Shown one piece after another: positions 46,176 through 60,606 of a stretch of 64,000 nucleotides of DNA. This DNA is from Eledone cirrhosa (lineage: Eukaryota), in contig OZ024740.1 of the NCBI GenBank assembly GCA_964016885.1, positions 165,168,001 to 165,232,000 of the forward strand, written 5' to 3'. Within the stretch, counting starts at the first letter, position 1. Each line of letters starts with the position of its first letter. Position numbers and translations under genes: made by a program. The notes beneath the pieces are model-generated. The model saw only the letters and a list, made by a program, of their open reading frames with translations. It searched no databases and was not told the DNA's origin.

Positions 46176-47277
46176 AAAAAAGGAAAAGAATGACTTCACT
46201 TGTAGTTCTAAATAATTTGATTTAATTTTATAATATTACTAGCAGTAAAGCCCGGCGTTGCTCGGGGTCGCTCAGTAGCTGTGTTAAAGTTACAATGTTA
46301 AGTGTCTTTTTTGGCTTAAAAACTGTAGTGTCTACTGTGCAGACTTGCATGTGGTGTTTTTGATTAATATTCCCTCAACCAACAATATGCCTTATGAAGT
46401 TAAGAAAACATAACGATAACTCGAATGTTATAACAAAAGAGGATGCTGGGGATAAAAACTGCACTGGTTATTTAGTAACAAAGATCGAAAATGTAAACAC
46501 TGCAACGCAGAGAAAAACATTAGCGTAACCAAATTATCAGTTATGTCTGTCTGCACGCCTATATCACCTCTCTGCACGACTGTCTGTCTGCACGACTGTC
46601 TGTCTGCACGCCTGAAATATTTGCTTGTTTTACGTAGTCTTTAAATAGACTTGTTTTCAAGTAAAAATATTGTTTTAAAATGCTTTTAAATGGAAATGAA
46701 GCAAAACGGAAGCTTAGTGTTCGAACTGATGAATTTTGCAGGTCAATATTTTGCTGGCTCGAACGCTGAGAAAGCCAGCGTAATTTTTTACGTAAGACGC
46801 TCAATGTAAACAGAACAAAGGGAAATAACTGATCACTTACGCTCAAAAATCGATACATTATATTCAATTTCGTCACATAGGGTGGGTAAATTTGAAATTT
46901 TTTTTTTCCGATGTCTTCGCTAGGCCTCAATGTACAAGTATAGCAATTTCGGTGCAATTCCGTGAGAGATTCTAGGAGGAGATGTGTGCCAAAAATCGAT
47001 AGACAGACAGACAACCACAGTTTTATATATATAGATAAGTTGGTAAATCTAGTAAGTTCTTTGTTAGCTTCGGTGGAAAGAAATTTAAAGATTCCTCGTT
47101 AAATTTCTTGAAGAAATTTGTCAAACTGAGATCAATCCAAGAAAGTTAACCAGGAATCTTTAAAATTCTTCCCATCGAAGTTAACAAAGATCATACTAGA
47201 TCTGCCAACTCATAATATTATAATATTACATCAAATTATTTAGAACTACAAGTGAAGTCATTTTTTTCATTTTTTTC
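46176..47277. repeat. snap-back palindrome split by a Helitron insertion
   Basis: 46176-46238 plus 47036-47110 is the reverse complement of about 47137-47277. Confidence 0.75.
46239..47035 (-). mobile_element. non-autonomous Helitron
   Basis: 5' TC, 3' CCCGAGCAACGCCGGG hairpin plus CTAG, inserted between A and T, no TSD. Confidence 0.88.
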
Positions 47278-47302
47278 ACGCATATATATATATATATATA
47301 TA

Positions 47303-47523
47303 CAATATATTAATAAATGGAAACTATATTTATAAAACCATAATTATTTTATTATATATATTTCAAGGGCGATCAAATATATATAATAAAATAATTATTG
47401 TTTTATAAATATAGTTTCCATTTATTAATATATTGTATATTTACTCCACTAACTGTTGAGTGCTTTATATCAGTTATAAACATTTTTAAGCTTGTTGAAT
47501 CCCAACAAATTAAATATAACCTC

Positions 47524-47527
<4 letters not shown>
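47303..47527 (+). mobile_element. family A short snap-back copy
   Basis: arms 47303-47360 and 47375-47435; 3' end matches 6113-6203. Confidence 0.7.
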
Positions 47528-47555
<28 letters not shown>

Positions 47556-47560
<5 letters not shown>

Positions 47561-47747
47561 GAGGAAATGTGGTAAGGAACCAGGTGGACCATAACGCACC
47601 AAAGTACTCAATACTTAGGGTAGTAGAGTGGGTAATAGGAACGAGTAGGACCCCGACGGCTGAGCTCAAGCCGTTTCGACGGCTAATTCTGTCCAGAATT
47701 AGCCGTCGAAACGGCTTGAGCTCAGCCGTCGAGGTCCTACTCGTTCC

Positions 47748-47749
<2 letters not shown>
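47556..47749 (-). mobile_element. Naiad-tail snap-back copy in (TA)n
   Basis: inverted repeat around 47692. Confidence 0.85.
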
Positions 47750-47791
<42 letters not shown>

Positions 47792-48277
47792 TGCAGGCAT
47801 GGTCCCATGAATCCTGAATGAGTCGTAGGGGCCCCGTAGTGATGTACGGCCTTTCTAACCCATTGTCTTTTAAACTTAGAGGACCCCAACTCTTCTCCAG
47901 GTCTGAATACAGCAAACGTCTTCCAAGAAGGATAGAGAGTGGGAGAAAGGAAGTTAGAAAGAAATATAGAGGAAGTACTGGACTGGCACTTTTGTTTGTT
48001 GACCTCAAAAGGATGAAAGGCATAGTTGACCTCGCCGGGATTTGAACTCAGAGAGCAAAGAGAAGAAACGAAAAAAACTACAAAGCATTCAACCCGACGT
48101 ACTAATGACTCTACTAATTTGCCGCCAAATGTCGTCAGTAATTTTAAAGAAAATCAATTATGATCGAAACATCACTAACTCAGTAAGCTAGTCACAAAGG
48201 AAATAATATAGGACACTTTACTATATGCATTGAATACATGATTCTGTAAGTCAACTTCTTTCTTTCAAACATTATAT

Positions 48278-48380
48278 GCCAAGGTTAACTTTGCCTTTCA
48301 TCCTTACAGGGTCGATAAAATAAAGTACCAGTAATGTACTGGATAATTGCTGGCCTTGTGCCAAAATTAGATACAATTAT
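48278..48380 (+). mobile_element. 5'-truncated tRNA-SINE; older SINE relics at about 47980-48127, 52635-52760 and 53170-53300
   Basis: GGTTAACTTTGCCTTTCATCCTTACAGGGTCGATAAAATAAAGTACC. Confidence 0.8.
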
Positions 48381-48689
48381 ATGCTTATACACATAAAATC
48401 ACACTCACAAGCAGGAACATGTAAAGTTCCAGGGGTAACACTTTAATTAAATCTGCACAACTTTTCAAATTCGTCTTCAAGCAATTTTTATTTCTAAATA
48501 AATTTTGCAAACTAATCGACTCGACCAGGAAAATAAAACCATTGGGATATTGCGTGATTTAAACAATCAATTTCTATAAATATGGCTTTAGAGATGGTTA
48601 GTAATTCAAAGACAATGTCAACACTATCTTCACTCTCCTTCTCTCTCTCTTTCTCTCTTTCTATCTCTGTCTCTCACACTCACACACGC

Positions 48690-48750
<61 letters not shown>

Positions 48751-49295
48751 GTAGAGTTGTCTATCTTTTTCTCTGTCTCTGAAGAACGTCATGTGACCAG
48801 CGGGTATAATTCATAATGGATCAGAGGAGCAATTTTAATTAACTTCCGATATTGAAAAGTCAATATTATGAAAGTCGTTGATCATTCATTTAGCTGTCTG
48901 GTAAACACATTAGACTAAACAAACTATAACTATTTTTCTTTGATATGTTTTCTATTTTGATCGAGTAAAATAAATATAAAAAAAAAAGGAAATATATAAA
49001 ATGCAAGAAAAGATGGAAAAAGGAATGATGTGATTAACTGGACAAAACAATATAACTGTGAAGGTGGGAAAGCTTTAGAAGAGAAAGAAAGATCGACATG
49101 TCAGACTTGGAGTCTTTTACAGTTTTATGATAGTATAAAGATTAATAATTTACATGAGATGCAGTAGATATTTTTTTGTAACATACATAGGCACATACAC
49201 ATATACACATTTAAACACTCAAATACGCTCATACATTCACACACACTTATACATATATGTATGTATGTATATATATGTGTGTGTGTGTGCGTGTG

Positions 49296-49331
<36 letters not shown>

Positions 49332-49352
49332 CACGCGCACACACACACACAC

Positions 49353-49417
<65 letters not shown>

Positions 49418-49569
49418 AAAAAATACATTATCGGAGAAAGCTTTTAGCGATACTCCAGCCAAATCCCAACTCACTCAACAAACATTAGGAAATAAGTGAC
49501 TAAATTCCTAATTAAACGTTCGGGGTGCTAACTAATTGTATTGTGTGGAAAATTGGCTGTATTATTTCA

Positions 49570-50579
49570 TCTATATATATAAAGCTGTGGTTGTCTGTCT
49601 GTCTATCGATTTTTGGCACACATCTCCTCTTAGAATCTCCGATGGAATTGCACCGAAATTGCTATACTTGTACATTGAGCCCTAGCGAAGACATCGGAAA
49701 AAATATATTTCAAATTGACCCACCCTATGTGACGAAATCGAATCTAATGTATCGATTTTTGAGCGTAAGTGACGAGTTATTTCCCTTTGTTCTGTTTACA
49801 TTGAGCGTCTTCATTTTCTGCGTGCAAAAATTAAAAAAATTACGCTGGCTTTCTCAGCGTTTAAAATGACATTAACACAATACACGAACAGTTGTCGAGC
49901 CAGCAAAATTTTGACCTGCAAAATTCATCAGTTCGAACACTAAGCTTCCGTTTTGCTTCATTTCCATTTAAAAGCCTTTTAAAACAATATTTTTACTTGA
50001 AAACAAGTCTATTTAAAGACTACGTAAAACAAGCAAATATTTCGTAAAAAAAAGCAAACATTATATAAGTTTATTATATATGTATCTGTAAATTTGCGTG
50101 CAGAGAGACAGTCGTGCAGACAGACAGTCGTGCAGAGAGGTGATATACGCGTGCAGACAGATAGTCGTGCAGAGAGGTGATATACGCGTGCAGACAGATA
50201 GTCGTGCAGAGAGGTGATATAGGCGTGCAGACAGACAGTCGCGCAGAGAGGTGATATAGGCGTGCAGACAGACATAACTGATAATTTGGTTACGCTAATG
50301 TTTTTCTCTGCGTTGCAGTGTTTACATTTTCGATCTTTGTTACTAAATAACCAGTGCAGTTTTTATCCCCAGCATCCTTTTTTGTTATAACATTCGGGTT
50401 ATCGTTATGTTTTCTTAACTTCATAAGGCATATTGTTGGTTGAGGGAATATTAATCAAAAACACCACATGCAAGTCTGCACAGTAGACACTACAGTTTTT
50501 AAGCCAAAAAAGAAACTTAACATTGTAACTTTAACACAGCTACTGAGCGACCCCGAGCAACGCCGGGCTTTACTGCTAG
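49570..50579 (+). mobile_element. non-autonomous Helitron with an internal minisatellite of about 37 bp
   Basis: A|TCTATATATATAAAG ... hairpin-CTAG|T; GCAGACAGAYAGTCGTGCAGAGAGGTGATATA repeats at 50115-50272. Confidence 0.9.
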
Positions 50580-50811
50580 TATGAGATATATCAAATATAT
50601 TTTAATTTTTGAATTTAAATTGCCATTCAGAAATAATATAATGGATGTCACCCCACTGTGCATCAATATATACATATGTATCTGTATGTGTCTTGTGTTG
50701 GAAAGGAGGTCATGTATGTAAACAAACATTGAAAAATGCTCCGAATACTGCAAACCTCGGTTTGGATGAAACAATTGTAAGCTAATAAATGGTTTGTACA
50801 GAACTTTGATT

Positions 50812-50960
<149 letters not shown>

Positions 50961-51351
50961 AGTTGGGGGAAGAACGGGGTTCCATGTTCAGGAAAAGGTG
51001 TGTGTGGAGTGGGGTGTAGGTCGGTGTGTGTGTGCGTGTGTGGTGGGGGAGGGGTGGATTCCGGAGGCTGAGTGTGTAAATATGTGGTGGTACGCACGTG
51101 TGTGTGGTGTTTATACGTATTGTTGATGTAGGTGGCGTGTGGGAAAAAAATGTTTGTGAGTGTATATATATATGTGTGTGTGTGTGTGCAAGACTGAAGG
51201 CACACACTAGCGGAGTACAAAACATTTCCACTAATAACAGATTTAGGCACCCTTATTTCAATAAATCCGTTTCAATAGATATTTGGGGGAACACCAGCAA
51301 TTAAAGAATTACTGTTATATATATATATATATATATACACACACATACACA

Positions 51352-51454
<103 letters not shown>

Positions 51455-51593
51455 GTATGTATTTATAAACAATTACGGTTAAGTCAAACAACAATAAACA
51501 ACACACGATCATGATAAACCAGATATTGCTGCAACAACGTAAATCAATTAACTCATTTTGGGCGAAATTAGATTTGTTATACAGAAATAATCA

Positions 51594-51786
51594 CAGACCT
51601 GCCAACCTTTAAAAACCCAAACGGGGAATACAATGAAAAAGTGCCCCCAAACGGGAAGAAATCAGGCAAAATCGGGAGATTTTACATAATGAAATCTATA
51701 CCTATTCTCACGACAGATGACATCTCTCACTCACCCGAAAGTGGGTGGGAGATATCCCCGTCCAACGAGGACAGTTGACAGTTCTG
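51594..51786. mobile_element. possible MITE
   Basis: imperfect TIRs CAGACCTGCCAAC / GTTGACAGTTCTG. Confidence 0.4.
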
Positions 51787-54090
51787 TATTCATAGGATTA
51801 TTTATAGACCTCAAGGAGCTTTCTGTTGGGGTAAAACACATTTCCACGGGTTTACAATCGAGGTTAATGTTTCTCACATGAGAAGTAACTAACTATATAA
51901 CCAGAGTTGCAAACTGTAGATAATATCATCATTGGAAAAACTAATAGAAACACTTTACTTGCTCTGATCTGACGATCCTAATTTATGTTATAATATAAAG
52001 TGTAACGGCATACGCCTACATCAGAATTATATATGAGAAACAAACACTTGGGAAAAATAAGTTACACAGCACTGATAAAGTAGTATAAATGAGTTAGTTG
52101 ATTAAAAATTAAAGAAAGGAATTTATAATTCATGTAGCTTCGCTTATTTAAAATGAAAAAAAATGGAGAAAACATATAAATAGCCTAAATAAAGTAATGG
52201 ATGGAGTGACAGGGGGTTTGTCTCAGCAGCACCCCACGGTCGAATTAGCGAAGAAATGCAGCAAAGAATAATCAGCTACACCCCTGCATCATCCACATCG
52301 GCGGGATGCACTCCTCCCGATTTTGTGTGGGGAATGGTTGTTCAGGGACTGAGGACACCCGAGGTCTTGACGACAAAGTTTATATTATCTCGCTGTGCAG
52401 CGATAAGTTTTTAATGATGATTAGTTTTCCTTAAACTAAATCATTTTTCGTAAACGAACGACGGTATGATATGGTCCGTAACTCTTTATTGAGTCGTAGG
52501 GGTGCCTTAAGGCGCTCCTTGAGTATTTTAAGGCTGGCAGAGTTCATTACAGTAGATTTCTTCGAGAGAAGGATAGAAAGTGGGAGAAAGGAGATGAGAA
52601 AGAGATATAGAGGACGAATTGCCCTCATCACAAGACTGGTACTTTTGTTTTCGACCACGAAAGAATGAGAGGCGAGATTTGAACTCAAAGAGTAGAGAAG
52701 CGGAAAAATACCACAAAGTATTCTAACTGACGTTCTGAATTTTTTTCCCAATTCACCACCTTAAGTGAACGATATAAATGATTAAATCAGTTATAGTGCA
52801 TTTATACTATATTATCACTGTGATCATTCTGGGTCATCGAATTCGATGTTTTTAAAGAAACATTTAGTCGTTCTTATCGATCATAATAATTGCCTCAGAC
52901 AGTAGCTTAATTGAAACATCTAAATTTATCATGCTAACTCAATAGACGCTATATATCGGGAAATGTAAACACAGATAATATGGTAAAGAGACATTAATTC
53001 TTAACTCAGTCGTATGTGTGCTATCCTGACACGCATCGTGTGTGTTGAGCATTTTAAACCTGGTCGAGTCCATCCTTCTCCAGATTTGAACACAAACAAT
53101 TTCTTCCAGAGTACAGAGAAGAGAGAGCGAGAAAGACAGATAGAAAATGATCCTTTACCCTACCCCAGGAATGGTACTTTTTTTAACGGCCTTGAAATAA
53201 TGAAAGGCAAAGTTGACCTCGTTGAGATTGGAACACAGAGCAGTGAGCTGGAACAATTACCAAGGCGTTTTTAATCAGACGCCTTTAATGACTTTGCTGC
53301 CGTTAAACACCGATACGGCCGTGAACAATTATTTCTCTATTTTCTCTGAATAAATGAAAATACATGTTGATTCGAATAATATATAAAATTAGACATTTGA
53401 AAGGAGATACTAAATATTAACAGATAAATGAATCTACTGAACCAGTTTTTAACAACTAGTGACCTTAACATTTATCACATATTACCATTTTGTACCATTT
53501 AAAATCTCGCTTATATAATTCTTGCAATAATTATTTCTAATCTTAGCACAATGTCAATAATTTGAGACTGGTACCCTATTTTATCGACCCCTATTTTATC
53601 GGCATGAAGTGACATGCTAATCTTTGGGTTTTCGTATTCCTTGTGTTAAGTTTGGGGAATGACCAGAAAGACCCAAACACTTTCTGCGAAGGTGTAATAT
53701 ATATACAATAATTGTGTGTTTGCACTCTTAAAAGAGACGAATGTTTCCAAACGGGAGGTCTCTATTCAATTCATAATGGTAATTATGTGTATATTGTAGC
53801 TTAATTGCTATAATTTAATGTTTTGCCTCTCGTCTCTTACTCCACTGGGCAGCGTTTGGCTTGTCAGACGGTGTGACCCCATATGGACCAGCAGTAACGT
53901 GGTAGGGGTCGAAACTACCAGAGTCCATCTCAACCTCCAATGGCCATGGAGTTCTGTGTCCTTCATTTGTATTTTTATTTCTAAAAATGATTTTTTAAGG
54001 TTTCCCCTTAAAAAATTGATTTTCGTTTTGTTTAGTTTCCGTTCATTGTCTTGTCCTCTCTTCTTTCATTTTCTTAAGTTTATGTGTATA

Positions 54091-54159
<69 letters not shown>

Positions 54160-55076
54160 ATGAGAATATGTGATGTAAGACCTTTGTATTCGACAGTTCA
54201 GTAAAATTCTAAATATTCTTATAAAGTTTTCAGACAGAAAATATATATATACATTTGAGTAAATATTTATTTTTGAATATCATGGAAATCACACACAAAT
54301 CATAACTTTAGATACATTTGGCAAAGGATCACTTAACAGAATATGTTGATTACATAATTTTTACTCGCAGACTAATGCATAACCGTAACTCAAAATATGA
54401 TTTCCCAAATGGGATAAAACTTTTCCAGCTATGGAACCTTCCCGATATTGGAAGTAGATATTTGTTTATTCTTATAAAGCTTATCAAAGTGCTTTTCATA
54501 ATGAAAGTAGACTCAACTGAGTGCATTAAGTTTGAAATATTGTGCGATGGTATTACAGCAAAGATAATTAAAAGAAATTGCATAAATCAATGATGTTTAT
54601 ATGATCAACTGTCATCTATAAGTATATTGCAGTCAATACTAAATCTATTTACCGGATGTGTTAACTGCTTGAGATGATGATATTATACGATGTCAGTTCT
54701 AGATCGGTGACAGATCCAGCTAGCGGGTGGGAGAGGTCTGTTCCAGCTTTGTCAAAGTTAGAGCAAGTTTGGAATATCTGCCAAAAGCCACCAGAGGTTC
54801 CACTGCAATTTCTCATATTCAGCAATGATATGATATCTCTATCTTTATCTGAAAATTTCAAGATCGGAAAATGATAATGATGATAATGATTATGATGACT
54901 ATAATAATATGATGATACGATCATATCGAAAGAAGGCATTATACACAAATTAAAGAAGGCAAAACAGGAAATATATGTTTATATAAATATATACATACAT
55001 GCATACATAGGAGTGCGTGAATGTGCGTTTCGATGTGTGCGTGTGAGATTTTTGTACTTACAAAAATTTAGATTAC

Positions 55077-55195
55077 ATAATTGTTTCTACTTTTGGCACA
55101 AGGCCAGCAATTATCCCAGTGTATTACTGGTACTTTATTTTATCGACCCCGTAAGGATGAAAGGCAAAGTTAATCTCGGCGGGATTTGAACTCAA
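55077..55195 (-). mobile_element. 5'-truncated tRNA-SINE with TSD
   Basis: TTTAGATTACATAAT duplicated on both sides. Confidence 0.88.
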
Positions 55196-55609
55196 ACTTT
55201 AGATTACATAATGTATAAATTTGGGTAATAAGTAAACAAATATATTTCCCTAAACGAAGGGAAAAAAGAAACAATAAATAACAAAATCAACAGCAAAGAC
55301 AAAAATAACAATACTTTGGAGGCAGAAGCGACATCCAACGTAATAAATGAGAGATAAGTAAAGAGTGAAAACAATGAAAATAACATTGTCGTCTTTTAAA
55401 TTACAAAAATGAAATATTTCTGTTAATAACATTAAAGTTTAATAAATTAAATGGGCTGAATGGTGTCATCTTTTCTGGGTGTAATTGCAAGTATTTATAA
55501 TAATGCAGATAATAATAATGATAATAATAATATGATGATGATGATAACATATGTCAATTGATATGTGTAATAAAATATGTAGATTTTGTTGTTAATTTTT
55601 GTAGAACAG

Positions 55610-55682
<73 letters not shown>

Positions 55683-55693
55683 ATATATATATT

Positions 55694-55786
<93 letters not shown>

Positions 55787-56765
55787 GTGTGTGAGTATGA
55801 ATGTATAAACCCCCACCGAAAAAAAAAGAAATCCATTTGAATTTAGTGAAATACCCGGATGAGAGTGACACGAGAAATAATGACTGGGTAGATCCTCCGA
55901 GAGCTGTGCAATTAAATTAAGTACTTAAATAATATTGCACAAATATATGTTAGCAACCAACCGCAGACATGTGGTGGGGGAACTGGTAAACAAAATTGTG
56001 TTATGCATGCACATGGTTCTCTGTTCAATTTTAATGTGCGGTAACTTGAGCAAAAGTCTCTACCATAACTTCAAAAAAATAGTTTTTTTAATGTAATTTG
56101 GTTGCTGGACAGTATACGGAAACCCAAGAGATCCTTACGCTCACCCCCCCCCCCCACACATATATATATATGTGTGTATTGAAAACAAAGCGATGTTTCA
56201 CATTAAGGATTTATCTATTACACACATTTACAACCGTTTAGCAGATAGGTGGCTTCGGATTTATATTAATGCGATAGGCCCGACTCTAGCCAGATTTTCT
56301 CATCAGATTGTTAATCAAGATTTTGGCTTTGCTTGATTTACGATTTTGAAATGTTGTTGAGTGGGACTTTGCCCGTTTTACTTATATTCCACATCAAAAT
56401 TATGCCTCAGAAGTATTTCGGCAGTTAAGGATAAGATGCGAGTGAAATTATTTCGTATTACTTAGTTTGACTTGTAAAATCCTACGGAGACGTTGGCATA
56501 AGTTAAACTATGTTTATATGCATCTCTGATCTAGATATTTTATCTATCTTATTTACTGATATAAGTCTTTTCTTTTTTTCTAGTGGATATTTACTACTCG
56601 TTTATTGTTGAATTGCTATAGACAGGTAGGACGCGTGCTATTTCTAGCGTCATTACGAACGTGTCTTATTATCCTTGATATAGAGATATTAACTTTTGTA
56701 GGCGAACTACGTACGTGTGTTACTGCATGCAGCATGCTGATTCGATACAGATAAGATCTCAAGCC

Positions 56766-56810
<45 letters not shown>

Positions 56811-56833
56811 TAATAATAATGATAATAATAATG

Positions 56834-59800
56834 ATTTCATTTATTAGCCACAAGGGCCGACATGTAGGGGACAATACAAAGACAGGGACAGTGGGGGTTT
56901 ACAATAAGGTCGAGTAAAAGTGCACAATGGTAAGACTAATTTAACAATGAAAATATAAAATATAAAATAAACTATGCATAAATATAATAATATAAATTCC
57001 CCGATAGGGGGCGGACGACCCTGGGGTGACTTGGGTACCCCACCAATCCTGAACCACCCTGCGCTTCTAGGGAACCCAGGGAGAGCACCCCTCTCCTCAA
57101 GTTAGCTAGCCTATAGGCGCATGGTCAGAGTAGGCCATTCACACGAGCCATTCTCGCCACATTCACCCACCTTTTAGCAAATGTACTGGGGGGCAGCACT
57201 TCTCTCTCCACCCTCACCTTCCTTTCCAGGTGAAACTTGAAGAAGTTGATGAGGGATTGGCCGAAGAGAAAAGTGTCTGTCTTTAGTCCTTTCAACCTGG
57301 TCCACCATATAATCTATTTCGCAACTGCCACCAGACAGAGGAAAATTTCCTGCTCTTCCTGGCCTAAGGAAGGCGGTGGATCGATCTTCACTATCGACTC
57401 GGCCGATAGCCGGATTCGTTCCACACGCGACAGTAGCTGTTCGACATAACTCCACAAGTCAGTAATGCACGGACATTGGACAAGTGCGTGCAGAACGGTT
57501 TCGTCGTTCTGTGCGCATCTTGGGCAGGTCCGTCTGACAGCACTTCCGTGCCTGTAGAGTTTATCCCGAACCGGCAGTGCCTCCCGGTAGCACTGCCAAG
57601 CGAGGGATTTCTGGAAATTGTCCATCGTCCCCGGCTCAAAAGTGCTCCGGTACAGACTGGTCAGTTCGACTTCGTCGAGGCCCAAAGCTTCTCCGAGTGC
57701 GTCATCGCACTTGCCCACCACTAATCCTCTATAGAACTCGAGAGTGGAAGTTCCACTGATCGCATTGCCCGCTTGGTAGAGGGCAGTGAGTGCCTGGCAA
57801 CATTCCAGGTTCCAGTCACCCATTCTCGGTCTCTTCTTTACCCAGGACTGCAGCTCAGTCAAAGAAATAAGCTGCGGAAAGGCCCGTCTGATAAACGGCG
57901 ACCACACCTGTTCACCGTTGAGGCAGAATATCTGGAGATGTCGCAGCCTCAACGCATGTCTGCGCCCCATTAGCCACGGCATTCCCAGCCCTCCGCGTAG
58001 AGGGTGCTGGCAGCAGATGGACCACCTCACCAATGGAACTTGTCCCTCCACGAGAATTTGAAGAAGAGCCGTTCCAACTTGACGAGGCGCGGATGGGGGC
58101 AAGGCACGACGGTCAGGCGGTAGTAGATGACGGACGCGATGTACGCATTCGCCACCTCCGCGCGACCTTTCAGTGATAGCTTCCTCCCAGCCCATTTTTG
58201 GGTCAGACTGGCTACTCTGCTCGTTACCTCGTCCCAATTCTTTTCCACCTGGAGGTCTGGTCCGAACCAAACCCCGAACAACTTTACCGGTCCGTCCGTC
58301 CAGCGCCCCACGACGCTGTTGGACCGCATGGGCTTGCCTTTCCAGGTTCCGAGCTGCAAGCCCACCGACTTTTCCGGGTTAAGTTTGGCTCCTGTCAACC
58401 TTTCATATTCCTTCAATAACGTGCCGACCACCTCGATTTCTGAGGTGTTCGACACCATCACGGTGATGTCGTCCGCATAAGCTGACACCGCCATTCCACG
58501 TCCCGGTTCGAGCGGGATGCCCTGCAACAGCTCCAGCTTCCGCAGTAAAGGCTCGAGAGTCAATACGTACAGAAGGGAAGAGAGAGGGCACCCTTGGCGG
58601 ACCGATCGGGAGAGCCGAAATGGTTCCGAGAGGTGGCCATTAACCTTGACCACCGAGCGTGTGCCGCTGTGCATTGCAACTATCCAGCTTCTAAAGACAG
58701 GGCCGAAGCCAGCTGCTTTGAGGACAAACTCCAGATACCGATGGTCGACCCTATCGAATGCTTTCGATTTATCTAAATTGATCAGTGCCCCACCGAAGCC
58801 AGATTTATATCCTACCCTCTCTATGATGTATCGCATGAGGTGGAGATTGTCGTGTATGGACCTGGCTGGGATTGCGCAAGTTTGCGCCTCCCCAACCAAA
58901 TCCTCAACGACGAGCGCCAATCTCTTTGCTAACACCTTGGCCAAAATCTTAAACTCTGTGTTGAGCAGAGTTATGGGCCTGAAGTTGTCTAATGTATCCC
59001 TCTTATTCTCGTCTGTCCTTATCAGCGTCACCACTTCCCGCTCACAGAACTGGGAATACTCCCATGCTGGTGCCAGTTGCAGTAGAGTGCTTCGAGGAGT
59101 TCGGAGAACAAGTCTGGCATATTTACGTAAAGCTCGTAGGGCAGGCCATCCAAACCGGGTGACTTGCGCCTCATGCAGCCGACAAGGGCGTCCTGCATTT
59201 CGGCTGAAGTAATCAACCTCTCGCAGCGCTCAGCGTCGACCGTCGAGATGCGCGGCAAGCCGTCAAGGTAGGGACTGAAATCCGCTACTCTCTCTGACTC
59301 GCCACTCTCCCTAAACAACCGAGCAAAGTGCTGGCGAAAGGCCTCACACATCCGCTTGGATTCGCTTATCTCGTGTCCGTCTCGGTCCGCCAAAGACCGA
59401 ATTGTGATTTTATTACCACGCTGCGCCTCCGCCACGCGGGCCCATCGAACAGCTTTCGTTCCCTCGTTTCTCACCGCACGCGCCTTACCTCTGACAATGC
59501 AACCTTCGTGTTTGGCATTGAAGAAATGGTCTAATGCCATTCTCGCCGCTAGCACGTCAGTTGCGATGCCACTACAAATAGCCTCGTCTAACTTATCTAC
59601 CAGCTCCTCCGCCTTTCTATTTTTCTCTAACGCTAGTTCTTTTCTGAACTCTATCGAAGTTACTCTAATCTCTCTTTTGAGCGCCACCCACCATCTGTTG
59701 TTGATGATCCCCCCTGTCAACTTTTGCTTAACTAAATTGTTGACTCGGTCCCTGTAAGCGTTACGTGCCAGAAATGACATGTTCAGCTTCCAGTAAGCCT

Positions 59801-60592
59801 GTCCTAACCTACGCGTTTTATTTAGGTCGACCGTACAGATCACAAATTTGTGAACTGAATAGGCGACCGTTTTAAAAAGAGGACAGCCCACACTATTTCT
59901 ATCTATTTTCCTAATGAAGCTCCTGTCTATATACGATCTAGATGACCCCATTCGGTTGGTCCATGTCCATACTGGCACATTGGAGAAATCTAGTCGATAC
60001 CTGTCAGACAGTTGGAACTGGCTGAGTAGGTGCTTGAGGCTTTTGCAACCCCCGCTCCTATCGGCTACTCCCACACAATCCCAGCGTGCGTCTAAGATGC
60101 CATTGCAGTCCCCCGCTAACAGTAAAGGGCGAGACGTACCAAGGAAGGTCTCAAGGCGCCTAAAGAAGTCAGGTCGTCCGGCACCTGTAGGGGCGTAGAC
60201 GGCCAGCAGTCTAAAAGCACCACCTTCGCTACTGCTCACATCCAAGACCACCAACTTACCGTCCGGGTCCCGGAAGAGCGACCATACCTCGAGATCCAGT
60301 CCTTTTCTAAACAGCACTGCCACCCCACCCCCATTCCCGGCCTGCTAACAGATGCGAAGATCTGATAGTCGTCGAAAATGGGGGCTAGTGCGCGCGTGTC
60401 GGAAATTCTGGTCTCGCTGACGGCAATCACATCCATTTCCAGCGACCGGAGGTCGTTGAGCAGGCGACCCTGCTTCCAGGGTGACCCCAGGCCGCGAACA
60501 TTTAAACTTCCTACTCTTAATATGGCCATATTGGTAAACTAAGAGAGAGAGGGAAGGTTTACTTACCTGCCGGGGTCTTGTGATGGTCGGGT
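56834..60592 (-). mobile_element. Tx1/L1-type non-LTR retrotransposon (ORF2 with frameshifts, ORF1 almost entirely lost) between (TAA)n tracts
   Basis: APE SLNVRGL/AVSET/VYAP/GDCN, RT NFRPITLLN/KAFDRVDH/SVRQGCPLS/AYADD, C-terminal CPRC..ETVLHAL; AATAAA before the (ATT)n tail. Confidence 0.93.
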
Positions 60593-60606
60593 AATAATAA
60601 TAAAAA

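Noticed and set aside
50100-50275. Direct repeats of about 37 bp resembling a CRISPR array
   Set aside because: No unique spacers, eukaryotic context, and it is an internal Helitron minisatellite
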